Below, piece by piece: positions 52,172-64,000 of a DNA stretch of 64,000 bases. The notes under the pieces are model-generated. The model saw nothing but the letters and a program-made list of their open reading frames with translations, was not told the origin of the DNA and ran no database searches. A program made the translations under genes and the position numbers. The DNA is taken from NCBI RefSeq assembly GCF_001194135.2, contig NC_068989.1, positions 8,818,902-8,882,901 of the forward strand. The letters are read 5' to 3'. How positions within the stretch are numbered: the stretch's first letter is position 1; each line of letters opens with the position of its first letter. The stretch comes from Octopus bimaculoides. Its lineage: Eukaryota.

Positions 52172-52569
52172 GCACACATACATACAAATATACAGGCAAT
52201 TCATACATACGTACATACAGACAGTCATACATACGTACATATGTACGTACACACATACGTACACAGATATATGCACATGTGTATGTATGTAAATCTCGTA
52301 CTACTCTCTATACGGGTTGTGACCACTTATAAGATGGAGCTAAACCACCGAAATCAATATATAAGAGAAAAGCTAGGCTTTAACCAAAACAGACGATCGA
52401 TCCTTCATTCTACCCCACCTCTCGCTCTTTCTCTCTTTCTTTCTTTGTTTCTCTCTCTCACTCTCGCTCGCTCTTTCTCTCGTCACTCAACCACCGCCCA
52501 ATGCCTACAACTTACAGAAGGAAAAAAAAATCGATTGTTTCAGCCAAACATTCATTTCAGAAGTTAGAA

Positions 52570-52975
52570 TATTCTAGAAGAGGAAACAGCCTGAAGGTTG
52601 ATAATAATAATAAATAGATGCCGTGTAACAACTAGCGAAGTGATGTGATTCTATGGTAGGAAGAGGGAGAGAAAGAGGCGGGGGGGGGGGAAGAGAGGAC
52701 AGTGTAGAGATTGTGTTTGAGGTAGAAAGAGTAAGTGAATGAAATGGGATAGAAAGAGGAAGGGATAGAAAGAGGAAGGGATAAAAAAATATCCGCAGAA
52801 CTCTTGCTCGGCAGATTTGGAGTAGAAAAGTATTAGAGAGAGGGGGGAGACAGAAGGAGGAGGGGGAGGAAGAGGAGTACAAAAGAGAGAGAGGGCGTGG
52901 AAGAGAGGGAGCAGTAGGTATAGAGAGAGAGACAGGTGGAGGTAACAATTGACAGGAAATTAAGAGAGAGAGGGT

Positions 52976-53011
<36 letters not shown>

Positions 53012-53077
53012 AAAGAATGAAATGATTTGGAGAGCTCTAAGGGTAGAGTTGGAGGAGAGAAGTGTTACAGAGTGAGG

Positions 53078-53109
<32 letters not shown>

Positions 53110-53443
53110 TAGTGAAGAGAAAGGAATGGTAGATGGAGAGTTAGGAATAGAGAGAGATTATGGAGAGTGGGAGGAATAGAATTTCGGAGGTGGAGAGAGT
53201 TAGAGATAGCGTGGTCTGAGAGAAAAAGTGGGGGGGAAGACTGGATGAAAAAGTAAATGGGAGGAAATTAAAGAACGAAGGAGATCGAATAAAAAGGGAG
53301 GGATGGAGGGAGGGTGAGAAAGAGAGAGTGATGACTAGATGTAAGGGAAGAGAGGGGGTGATGACTAGATATAAGGAGAAAAAGATGGAGACCGAGTTAG
53401 AGGTAAAACGGGGAAGCTAAAGAAGACAGAAAGAGGAGGAGCT

Positions 53444-53474
<31 letters not shown>

Positions 53475-53490
53475 GGGGTAGGGGAATGTA
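52570..53490. repeat. ~0.9-kb polypurine (GA-rich) low-complexity tract
   Basis: Almost only G and A on the + strand, including (GA)n, (GAA)n and (AAAG)n. Confidence 0.85.
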
Positions 53491-53968
53491 AAGAAAGATG
53501 TAAAAGTTGCGGTTGCAGACGACAGCAATGAACTGTTTCGTCATTCCCGCCTCCACTTCCTTACTTTCACCTATCGGACTTGACATTAAAATATAAAACT
53601 GACCATAATTATATTTATCAACAGCAAAATAATATAAAGTTTCTTTCGGTTTATTATTTTATTTTTCCCATTTTGATTTTTGTGAAATTTCGATTTTGCT
53701 TGTTTCCCCTCACCACCCCCACACACACACTTTTCTTTAGTTTTCGTTGTATATACGTGTATTTATGTTGGGTGGGAGTATGTGTGCATATAGATATGCA
53801 TGTATGTGAGTAGGTGTACATGTAAGTGTGTATGTATGTATATATATATATGTGTGTGTGTGTGTGTATTCGTGATGGAGCGTGTATATGTGTGGGTTAA
53901 AATGTATTACATATCTGTAAGCATGTGTGTTTGTGTCTACCTTCATACAATCTATATCTCACACATTA

Positions 53969-53999
<31 letters not shown>

Positions 54000-54014
54000 T
54001 TTTCTCTCTCTCTA

Positions 54015-54102
<88 letters not shown>

Positions 54103-55497
54103 CACCCTTCCTTTCTTTGTAATTCACTGTCTTTTATACATAAATATATGCACGTACAAACAGACATACTGGCATGCAGACATATATGCACAAGTACACA
54201 AATTTGGTATTTAAGGGTATTTTATTAATTTATCTTCTGTTTCTCCTGTTTGTTACGCTCATCACGGTCATCATCATCGTCGTCGTCATCATCATCGTCA
54301 TCATCTTCATCATTATCATTACCATCATCCCCAGTATCATTACAACATCGTCATACTGAACATTTTTATTATCGTCGTCGCCGTTGTTAAACATTATCCA
54401 CATCATCATGCACAAGTAATTTTCAGAGATTGTTCGCCTGAATAAAATGTGTATCCCTTTCTTGATTCGTTGACGTATAGTTCCCATTTTTCAAGGATCC
54501 TCCAACCAATGTTGTGTTCAGCGTTCAGCTATTTTCGTGTTCAAATGTTATTGGCTAACATCGTGGAATACCTCTTGTCGATGTTTCTGAAGGATGTGCC
54601 GTGATTATAAAACCTTTGCTTGAACTTACTTTCAGCCATACCCATGTAATGTTTCTTTTCAACTACTGATTTGGCATGGTTGTTGCTTGCACTTCGTACA
54701 CAATTATTTCACACTGCATAACTGATCTATGTACATATTTTTTTATAGACTAAAACATTCGGGAATTTTCCTGAACATCAGAAATGAAATATGCATCAGA
54801 ATACACGAAGATATATATATATATATGTTCTATTTTAGTAAAAAAAAATCCCTCTCTTGCCACGCTTACCTTCAAACACAAGCTTGATTTCATTCTTTTT
54901 AACCTTTTTCACGCGGATCCTTTTTGTTACATTTTAATGGCTCTTTTACATATCTATAGCCCTTAGGGATAATGCATAGATGGACATACATATAGACGTA
55001 TATATCGTTGAGTGTATGTGCATATACCCATTTCATTTTTTTTAATTCCCTTTCTTGATATATCAAACGGTTCATTCTAACTTTCTAAAGACTTGAGTTA
55101 TCACTCCGCATACAGTTTATTCTTTTTTCTCAGATTATTTAGCATACTTTTGTATTTTACCGTGACTTATCGCACATTACCAGTAGCCATATTTGTTCTC
55201 GGTCTGACAAATGTTGATGCAGCGATAAAGGTCGTACTCGTGTCGGATATAGGCAAGGAGCTTAAAGTAACCATTTATATACCTTGAATATAGTATAAGG
55301 GACATTTTAAAGTCTTTTTTTAACTGAGTTCTTTTCACTTGTTCGAAATTACCTTCAACGCAACAAATATACTTGTGTATATGTATGTATGTATATGGGT
55401 GTTTGTGTGTGTATAAGTATTTGTGCGTGTATGTGTGAATCTACTCTTTCTCCAGATATTGCAATATATTCTCTCTTCTCTTTCACTCTCCCCTCCT

Positions 55498-55528
<31 letters not shown>

Positions 55529-55594
55529 ACCATTCTATCTGTGTAATCTATCTCTCTTCCCCCCACTCTCTCAATATCTTCTTCAACATTTCAG

Positions 55595-55681
55595 GAGTAA
55601 CAATCCTTCTGTCTCTCATGGTGTTCTTATTACTGGTAGCCGAGACAATGCCTCCCACGTCTGATGCTGTGCCACTCATAG
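55595..55681 (+). CDS. CHRNA7: nAChR alpha7-like subunit, M2 and M2-M3 linker exon (equivalent to CHRNA7 exon 8)
   Basis: Acceptor caacatttcag|GAGTAA and donor CTCATAG|gtaagt; 87 nt, phase 1-1. Translates (G)VTILLSLMVFLLLVAETMPPTSDAVPLI. Confidence 0.97.
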
Positions 55682-55879
55682 GTAAGTCTTCTATTTCTCT
55701 AAAACTTCCGGGCTATCACGGCGGCACCGTCAGTTAGTGACAACCACGCCATCAAAAATGTGAACCTGTAAAATGCACGCTGGCAATCTATAACCACGGA
55801 CATTGTTGTTTAGAAAAATGGTTTAATACATAATAAACAAATAAATAAATAAGGATGTAACTGACTGCTCAAAAGAGAT

Positions 55880-56035
55880 TGTAAAGAAATGAAAGGATGA
55901 AGGTATTTTATTTTATCGACCCCAAAAGGAGAGAGTTGACCTCGGCAGGATTTGAACTCAGAACGTAAAGAGACGGAAGAAATGCTGCTAAGCATTTTGT
56001 TTAACGTGCTAACGATTCTGCACGCTCGTTGCCTT
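55880..56035 (-). mobile_element. SINE family A copy
   Basis: TTTTATCGACCCC...GACCTCGGCAGGATTTGAACTCAGAACGTAAAG...GCTAACGATTCTGC. Confidence 0.75.
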
Positions 56036-56839
56036 ACCAGTCAAGTATAGATTAAATTAAATCAAATCTTATATCCTTCCTCTAAATTCATGGCTTTGTG
56101 CCACAGTTAGAAATTACTATCATTAGTATCGTCACAGTTAAATACTTTCGGCTATGGTATTTTCTTGTGCCATATATTTCTACCAGTAACACATGTTAAT
56201 TACCCGCGAGCTTCAATATAGTTTGGCTATTTGTTTTTCGTATGCGAGCATAAAAACAGGCGATAGGGTTTCTTTATGTTAAGATATGTGAAAAGAAGAT
56301 AGGGAACAAGAGGTGTTAACCGACTCAATCTAGCAATATTACCATAATATTGAACTATTTAGTTTATCTTTTATATAAACCACACGCTGAGAGAATTTAC
56401 GAATAAGAAAAGAGAGAAAAAAGGGGAAAAAATGGTCAAAATAATTCTAAATGGAAGTATGAACGACATTCGTAATTTCAAATTTGAAGTGAGAATCTTT
56501 CCATCTAGGCTTTATCTAATCCAGTCATTTAATTCGGTAATCATGATAGTTTTAGTGGCCGATTTAAAACTGTGATTATTCGCGAGACCATTTGACGTAT
56601 GCGTGGCGTTTCTTGAGCCGATCTGAACATTGGATTCAAACAAAAATTATTAGGTTTCCATCTCAAATAGATCTTATCAGGAGAATAAACCTGAAAATTT
56701 CGACGATATTTTACGGAAGCTGATCGATTTTTAGATTTTAGTTAAGCATTTGTTTTTGCTCTCTTTCTTGGAATGATTCGAAATAATTAAAGAATGAAGA
56801 ATCGAAAAATGACCGTAAAAGAAATTCTCCCAATATAGT

Positions 56840-57168
56840 TTGTTTATTTATCTATCCATTTGTCTGTCCGTCCTTTTGTCTATCCATTTACCTGTCTTCC
56901 TGTCTGTCTACCTATCAGTTTCTTTATCTCTATTTCTCCCTATCTATCAATCAATCAATCAATCAATCTATCTATCTATCTATATATATATCTTCCTATC
57001 TATTTATTTATTTATCTATCGATCTGTCTACCTATTTATCGGTCTAACTATCTATCAACCCACTTATCTATCAATCTATCTATCTGTCTGTCTGTCTATC
57101 AATTTATCCAATTCGCTCTCTTTCTACCTCTCTGTCTAGCAGTCAATCTGTCTATCTAGCTAGCTAGC

Positions 57169-57201
<33 letters not shown>

Positions 57202-57500
57202 TTCTATCTATCAATGTCAATCTAGCTATTAATCAGTCTATCTATTTATTTGTTAGTCTGTCAATCCTTCTTTATTTCTCTCCATTTATCAATCAATCTA
57301 TCTGACGGTCAGTCTTTCTATCTTTCTATCAAGCTCTCTAGCAATCTATCAATATGAATGTCTCTCTATCTATCTTTATGCCTGGCCATCTATCAACTTG
57401 TCTCTTTGTCTGCTTATCTGTCTGTTTGTCTGCCAGTCTGTCTATTTGTCAATCTGTCGATCTATCTGTCGTTTCATTCTGTCTTTCTTCCTGTCTTTTC
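56840..57500. repeat. degenerate (TCTA/TCTG/TCAA)n tetranucleotide field
   Basis: ~650 bp of interspersed TATC, TGTC and TCAA units. Confidence 0.85.
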
Positions 57501-58175
57501 ATCATTCCCTCAGGCACCCACTCACTCCCCACAAACACACAATCGTTCATATATATATATGGGTACTTAATTATTATTGTCTATTCATAAGGCGAGATGT
57601 GGCTGAATTATTCCTCAGTGTTTACTGCCAAATGTAGTTTTCAAGTGTCCGAACATTCAAAAGGCTCCACCCAACCCTTCATACAAATGGGACAGAGTAT
57701 GGTCAGCCATTTGCAATAAAGGGAAATAAGATATTTAAATAATCCCTCAGCTGATTGGCTGTTCTCTGTGGTAACATGGTAACAGAGAGAATCGTCTTGC
57801 TAAGAATTCGTGACTTTTTACGTTAGTAAAAGGAATAAAGTTTATTGTCTTTATGCATATATTTTGATTAAATTTTTGCTCAATGAATTTTTTTTCTTTA
57901 AAGCATAGAGTCCTAAACATTCGTATAGAGCTTCTATTTCGATCTAATTGGATCTCATTAGTATGTCGTGGTCAGATATCTAGAGTCAGTTGAACATTGC
58001 ATTAAAGTAAATTAAATTATTAGCTTTACAGAAAACGGAGGGGTAAGGACGTTCATTATCGATAATAGTGATTTAGTACTGTGAAAGAGAGAGGGGAGAA
58101 AAAAAGGGAAAGAGAGATAATAGTAAACTTATATTCAGATTTACATACGGGTTGCAATGTTGTGTTCAAATATTC

Positions 58176-58330
58176 TATTGTGTTGGTGCATAGTTATTGC
58201 AGCTTTTTTTCAACAAATTTTATTCAACAAAATCAATAACATGTAACAAAAACATCTTTAAATGATTATTTCGGAGCATATTCACCATCTACTTCAATTA
58301 CTGCTTCCCATTTGCTTGGTAGACGGTCAG
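58176..58330 (-). mobile_element. mariner transposon 3' end fragment
   Basis: TIR-like TATTGTGTTGGTGCATAGTTATTGC; the minus strand encodes DRLPSKWEAVIEVDGEYAPK*, a mariner transposase C-terminal motif (LPxRW..VI...G.Y). Confidence 0.7.
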
Positions 58331-59169
58331 ACTGTTATTTAAAGATGTTTTTTGTTAAATATTGTTATTGTTTTTGTTAATAAAATAAGTCCAGGGTGCC
58401 ATGCAATAGGGTTGAACCTGGAATCATGTCGTTGGTGAAACGATCTTCTTACTACAGAGCCACGCTTATTTCTGTGTGAATGCGTGTGTGTGTGTGTGTA
58501 TGTGTGTGTGTGTGTGTGCAAGAAGAAAAAAGGCTAACGCATACACAAATTGATATATGCACTTAAACACTTTATACAAAATATACAGAAACTAACTTTA
58601 TTACAGGCGAACACACACACACAAACACACAAACACACACACATATATACACGTACACACACATACACGAATACATGAATCAACTCATACTAATCAACAC
58701 TACATGTACGTTTACACTTAGCATTTCAAAGCTGCCTTCAAACATCTTTAAGTACAAGTAACCACTTCGCGCTCACGTATTCTCACAAAAACACACAGAC
58801 GACAACAATGAAATATTGGTCTTTTTTTTTTTTTGTTTTTCTAACAAACCAACACATTCAACACATTTAAAAGAAATTCACATAATTACGCATATATATG
58901 CAGAGGCATTCAGAAAAAAAACAAGGAAACGCATTCAGCCTTAAAGAATAGTTATGAATCTTCTCTCCTCATTGAAACTGCGAGCATTTTTCTACAAGGA
59001 ATACAAAACGACTTCCATCTCAAATATCCCGATGAGAATACTTTTAACAAAAGATTGTTATCACTGACATTTGAAATGTTGACCTTTGAATACATTATAT
59101 GTATATATTACATTATATTATATTATATTATATTGTATTATATTATATTATATTATATATACGTACATT

Positions 59170-59269
<100 letters not shown>

Positions 59270-59553
59270 TATACTCACATATTATTTGTATTATATATAT
59301 ATATATATAAACATATAGGGATCAGCAGGAGTTGCTTCACCAACATACTAAAAAATTTAGAAATAGCAGTTAAGAACTACTAATTCTAACTACAATTTAT
59401 TCTCTAACGGATGGCGATATTTATGACTCACATAGAACAACGGAAGAGAAATAAACGAAAACAAACCTGCCGTTATTTAATCGTGTACGACGTTTCATGA
59501 TTAGAATATAAAAATTCTAATTATTAATTTATTAATTAATTAGCAATTCCTTG

Positions 59554-59593
<40 letters not shown>

Positions 59594-59774
59594 TACGTTA
59601 TTATTTGAGTGGACGCCACGCATCCAATTCCAAGTAAGTTTATCTATATATAAATATACATACATACATACATACATATATTTCAGTTTATCTTCCCAGT
59701 CCAAACGCTTGCTTATCTCCTACTAAATTTGCCAGCCAATCATTTCGCTTTCCTATACATTTCATATATTTCAG

Positions 59775-59884
59775 GTGTATATTTTGCTTGTATAATGGTT
59801 ACGTGTTCGGTTTCTGTGGTCCTAACAGTATGGGTACTGAACTACCACCATCGAAGTCCAGAAACGCACACAATGCCCGATTGG
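59775..59884 (+). CDS. CHRNA7: nAChR alpha7-like subunit, M3 exon (equivalent to CHRNA7 exon 9)
   Basis: Acceptor catatatttcag|GTGTAT and donor GATTGG|gtaagt; 110 nt. Translates (G)[36 protein letters not shown]. Confidence 0.97.
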
Positions 59885-60319
59885 GTAAGTACTATACCGG
59901 AAGCTACATTTAAATTCTTCGTTCTGCTAACTTACTTCTGTTCTACTAACTTAACTTCATGCCATTGGCCCCACCCCAGTATTACACCACATCACATTAT
60001 ATTACAAAGCGAGCCAAAGAGAGAACCTTTATGTGGTCGTCTGGCGTTCTAGAAATACTTATTTATTTGTGCTTGCTGCGGTATTTACCCGGGGTGGGAT
60101 GAGCCGGTTTCGACCAACGAATTCACTGCGTGAATGCTGACCACATCCGGCCGTCGGCCCCAACGTTCCAGTAGGTAAATTAATCCGTCTATCTGCGGCC
60201 CAAAAGCCCGGCTTGCAATTTTGATAAATCCCCTACTGGAAGAGCAAGCACGTTGGATAGCACAGACGCTGTAGCCGTAGTTGTCATGTCTTGTTGAGGT
60301 ATCGAGTTTTTTTTTTTTT

Positions 60320-60521
60320 ATACTTGTTTCAGTCATTTGTCTGTGGCCATGCTGGAGCACTGCCTTTAGTCGAACTAATCGACCCCAAAATTTATTCTTT
60401 GTAAGCCTAGTACTTATTCTATCGGCCTCTTTTGCCGAACCACTAAGTTACGGGGACGTAAACACACCAGTATCGGTAGTCAAGCGATGTTGGGGAGACA
60501 AACACAGACACACACACACAC

Positions 60522-60584
<63 letters not shown>

Positions 60585-60741
60585 GACGGGCTTCTTTCAG
60601 TTTCCGTCTACCAAATCCACTCACAAGGCTTTGGTCGGCCTGAGGCTATAGTAGAAGATACTTGCCCAAGGTGCCACGCAGTGGGACTAAACCCGGAACC
60701 ATGTGATTGCTAAGCAAGCTGCTTACCACACAGCCACTCCT
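60320..60741 (-). mobile_element. SINE family B full-length copy with long internal (TA)n
   Basis: Tail CTTGTTTCAGTCATTTG...GGCCATGCTGGAGCAC through head CTTACCACACAGCCACTCC. Confidence 0.9.
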
Positions 60742-61224
60742 ATATATAAAGAAAAGGCTGAATATTAAAATATTCTTCATTTCCAAATAATGGTTTTAAA
60801 AAATTCACTTTCTATGTGCATGACAATAAACTTAAGCAAAAATTCTATTATTAACGCTGGTTCCAGCAGAAATACAACCACAATGTTGTCTTATTTACTG
60901 TATTTTAATTCGATCTAACGAGGAAATAATGACAATAATAGTTTAAAGAGTAAATAAATGAATACGCTACTTTTCATTAACAATGAAAAAGTTATTCAAA
61001 GACAAAAAATTATTAATATCACATCTACTCAACATATGTGTGTGGTGGTGGTGGTGGGGTGGTGTCTAGAAATTGATGTCCTTTTAAAAATATATTTTTT
61101 TTAAATGTAATAAACAGAGGAAAGGAAGGAATATTTTTCAAAGACAAATTATGAGCGATGCTTTCGAAATAATTTACTATTTTCAATGACGATGCACTGT
61201 ATTTTCACTGCACTATCTCTGTTC

Positions 61225-61257
<33 letters not shown>

Positions 61258-62006
61258 CGTGGCACTGGCGATATATTGTCCGGTTATTACGTCATTTATT
61301 GATTGTTCTTTTTTTGCAAAATTTCTAAAAATTCACAGATCATAGAAGAGAATTATTGCTTTATTTTTTTTTCCCCGTGTGTGTGTGTATATGTATGTGT
61401 TAGAATTTCTTATTCATTCTCAATGAAATGCGACGTATTTTACTCAGTGAATAACAGGAATAAGGAAAAAGATTGAATAATGTTTAGCGAACGCATTTAT
61501 TCTGCAGATGAAAAGCATGGCAGTGAGCTCGCGATGTAATTACCCTGCAATGAAATTACTATTCCATGAAATAACATGTGATGTTAATTGCCCGAGCCAT
61601 TTATTAATTAGGAGTTTGGCTTCTAACCGTGAGGGTGTTGCACTTTCTGTACTCGCATGTTATAAATCAATATAAGTCAACTACTCAATACTTAATGACC
61701 GTACAGTTATTCCTGCCGTTGTTCTTCTTGTTGATGGTGATGATGATGATGTTATTATTGCTTAAGGTCATTACCCGTCCTTACGCTGACGGTAAAAATA
61801 TTTGTTGATCATTCACGTCCCCTTCATAAATTGTTCAAACAATGTTTAGGTTGAGTTTTTTGGTGAAGATTAATTAATCTTCAATACTGTTGAACAATCT
61901 TATATTGTAAAAAGTCAAACAGATCTCCGTTTGTCTTTCCGTTACAACATACATGTAGAAGGAGGGAGTTTTAATTATTTCAAACACACACACACACACA
62001 CACAGA

Positions 62007-62057
<51 letters not shown>

Positions 62058-62183
62058 ATTCACTGTATTTCTCTCAACAACAGCAACAACAAACGTCGTT
62101 CAAGTCAAAGTCTTTTTTAAAGTCTGTGTTGCGTTGTCTATATGTTGAAAGACATGGAGAAACACATATACACACACAAAATG

Positions 62184-62214
<31 letters not shown>

Positions 62215-62329
62215 TGTTGTTGTTGTTGGCAAAATAAGCTGCCCTTGTGGCAAAAATTTGAAATAAATATTAGTTGTATTTAAAAAATTAAGATATAATG
62301 TGTGTGTTGTGGAAGTATAATCAATTACA

Positions 62330-62401
62330 TACGCATAAATGTTACCAACAAAATCTTATATGGACCCACAAGGCTCATATGGACCCGGTTTAAAGTCACT
62401 G
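62330..62401 (-). mobile_element. partial copy of the same hAT MITE family
   Basis: AAAATCTTATATGGACCC...GGACCCGGTTTAAAGTCACTG is a diverged reverse complement of the left end of 2790-3144. Confidence 0.6.
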
Positions 62402-62493
62402 AAATAGAGCAATGAGTCAATGACAGGATACTAAGGAGAGAAACAAATTGTATACTTAATCACTGTGGTTTCTCATTAATTACAATAAGACAA

Positions 62494-62704
62494 GGCGGCG
62501 AGGTGGCAGAATTGTTAGCACGATGGACGAAATGCTTAGCGGTATTTCGTCTGCCGCTACGTTCTGAGTTCAAATTCAGCCGAGGTCGATTTTGCCTTTC
62601 ATCCTTTCGGGGCCGATGAAATAAGTACCAGTTACGCACTGGGGACGATGTAATCGACTATCACTCTCCCCCAAATTTCAGGCCTTGTGCCTATAATAGA
62701 AAGA
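62494..62704 (+). mobile_element. SINE family A copy with probable 12-bp TSD
   Basis: Full head and body; ATTAATTACAAT at 62475-62486 and 62705-62716. Confidence 0.85.
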
Positions 62705-62771
62705 ATTAATTACAATGGTACAGACGGTGTTGTTGTTGTTGTTGTTGTTGTTACTTTTTACCTGTTTACGT

Positions 62772-63118
62772 GTTGCAGTCACTGGACTGTGGCCATGCTG
62801 GGGCACCACTTTGAAGGGTTTTAGTCGAACACATCATTTGTTTGTTTTTTAAGCCAACTACTTATTCTATCGGTTCGATCCCTTTTGCCGAACCGTTAAG
62901 TTACGAGGACGTAAATAAACCAATATTCGTTGACAAGCGGTGATGGCGGACAAACATTAACACAAAGATACACACACATATACGACGGGCTTCCACACAG
63001 TTTCCGTCTACCAAATTCACTCGTACGGCATACACTTCTCCGAAGTGCCGTGCAGTGCAACTTCGACACTGAACCCAAGACCACTTGGTTGGGAGCCAAG
63101 CTTCTTAACGGCACCACC
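62772..63118 (-). mobile_element. SINE family B-related copy
   Basis: GGACTGTGGCCATGCTGGGGCACC...GCCGAACCGTTAAGTTACG...ACGACGGGCTTCC...TTCCGTCTACC. Confidence 0.75.
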
Positions 63119-63289
63119 AGGACTTATCGTCGTCGTTTCTGCTACTGTTATTGTTGTTGTTATTGTTGTTGTTATTGTTGTTGTTGTTATTGTTGTTGGT
63201 CGCAATCTTCGTTTCCTAAAGGAACCTTACAGTCTTAGAATGGTCGCTAATGTCTTTTTTTTTTTTTCGTTTTACTCTTGTCGTTTCAG

Positions 63290-63736
63290 GTGAGAAAAGG
63301 CATCTGTGGGTGGTTGGCCTGTGTTCTTCGTATGAGTCGACCTGGAGTAGAGCGTTTGCGCCCCTTGAAGAAACACACCGTCCAGAACTGTCGTGCTCAA
63401 GAACTACGATTGATCGAAAAGTCAACACGAAGCTTGCTAGCCAACACCGTGGACATTGAAGATGATTTTAAACATGACAGTAACCCGAACGGTGGCGTCA
63501 AACCACCACTCCCGGTTATCACCGACGCTTCTGGGCGCGGAGAGTTAATAACAATACTTAAAGAAGTTCAGAAAATAACGAAGAAATACAAAGACGACGA
63601 AGATGACGAAGAGATCAAAGGCGATTGGAAATTTGCAGCTATGGTCATTGATCGTCTGTGCTTTATCATTTGTGGTCTATTCACCATGCTGTCCACTATT
63701 ATAATACTTACGTCCGCACCACACGTCTTTGCATAG
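63290..63736 (+). CDS. CHRNA7: nAChR alpha7-like subunit, terminal coding exon: intracellular loop, MA helix, M4, stop (equivalent to CHRNA7 exon 10)
   Basis: Polypyrimidine tract then gtcgtttcag|GTGAGA, phase 0; 447 nt ending in TAG at 63734-63736. Contains KSTRSLLANTVDIEDDFKH (alpha7-type SKSLLANVLDIDDDF motif) and DWKFAAMVIDRLC...SAPHVFA. Confidence 0.97.
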   Translation: MRKGICGWLACVLRMSRPGVERLRPLKKHTVQNCRAQELRLIEKSTRSLLANTVDIEDDFKHDSNPNGGVKPPLPVITDASGRGELITILKEVQKITKKYKDDEDDEEIKGDWKFAAMVIDRLCFIICGLFTMLSTIIILTSAPHVFA

Positions 63737-63852
63737 ACGGACTGCCAACTTGTGGTGGAAAAAAAAAAAAAGAATTAACAACTCTTTGTAGATATTGTGA
63801 CGAACTGAACAATAGATAGAAAGGAACATTTTAAACATTTCACCGGTATAAT

Positions 63853-63858
63853 AATAAA
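63853..63858 (+). promoter_or_regulatory. possible polyadenylation signal AATAAA in 3' UTR
   Basis: AATAAA 117 nt after the stop codon, but it sits in an A-rich run with no clear GU-rich downstream element, so the UTR may extend beyond the window. Confidence 0.2.
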
Positions 63859-64000
63859 AAAGAAAGAAGTATGCATTTGTATGCGAGAAGGAGAGAGAGA
63901 AAGAGAGGAAGAAAGAAAGATAGGCGAAAAGAAATGAAGAAAGAACAAAAGCGAGTTAGAAAGAAGTAATGCAGAATGACGGGAAAAGAGAAATGTAAGA

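Noticed and set aside
55640-55720. Editing-complementary sequence just after the M2 exon (GGCTATCA pairing with exonic TGGTAGCC)
   Set aside because: Only 8 bp including a G.U pair; within chance expectation.

Overview
Eukaryotic, AT-rich, microsatellite- and SINE-dense genomic DNA with several N gaps. The repeat types and the gene point to a coleoid cephalopod, most likely Octopus (inference). The window holds the 3' six coding exons of one plus-strand alpha7-like nicotinic acetylcholine receptor alpha subunit gene: 1524-1633, 25871-26127, 37839-38033, 55595-55681, 59775-59884 and 63290-63736. They splice in frame through five GT-AG introns (3.4-24.2 kb) into 1206 nt = 401 aa plus stop. The N-terminal ~80 aa lie upstream of the window; the first of these exons is missing from the ORF track. 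The protein keeps the Cys-loop, vicinal CC, loop A/B/C aromatics and the cation-selective GEK motif, but has unusual residues in loop B (WTHDG), loop C (CCPQIY) and M2 (Met at 12'). Introns contain at least four tRNA-headed SINE families, LINE relics (CR1-like, RTE-like, R4/NeSL-like), DNA-transposon MITEs (hAT, mariner, Tigger-like), mini- and microsatellites. The most notable unannotated signals are (i) Penelope-type minimal hammerhead ribozyme motifs on the sense strand of the introns, one with a fully canonical core (32094-32199) and one inside a 67-bp inverted repeat that could sequester it (47835-47880), and (ii) a consensus-like, in-frame 5' splice site inside the Cys-loop exon at exactly the position of vertebrate CHRNA7 intron 5. 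No prokaryotic system, CRISPR array, rRNA or true tRNA gene is supported. Most ORFs in the supplied track are microsatellite or N-gap artefacts.
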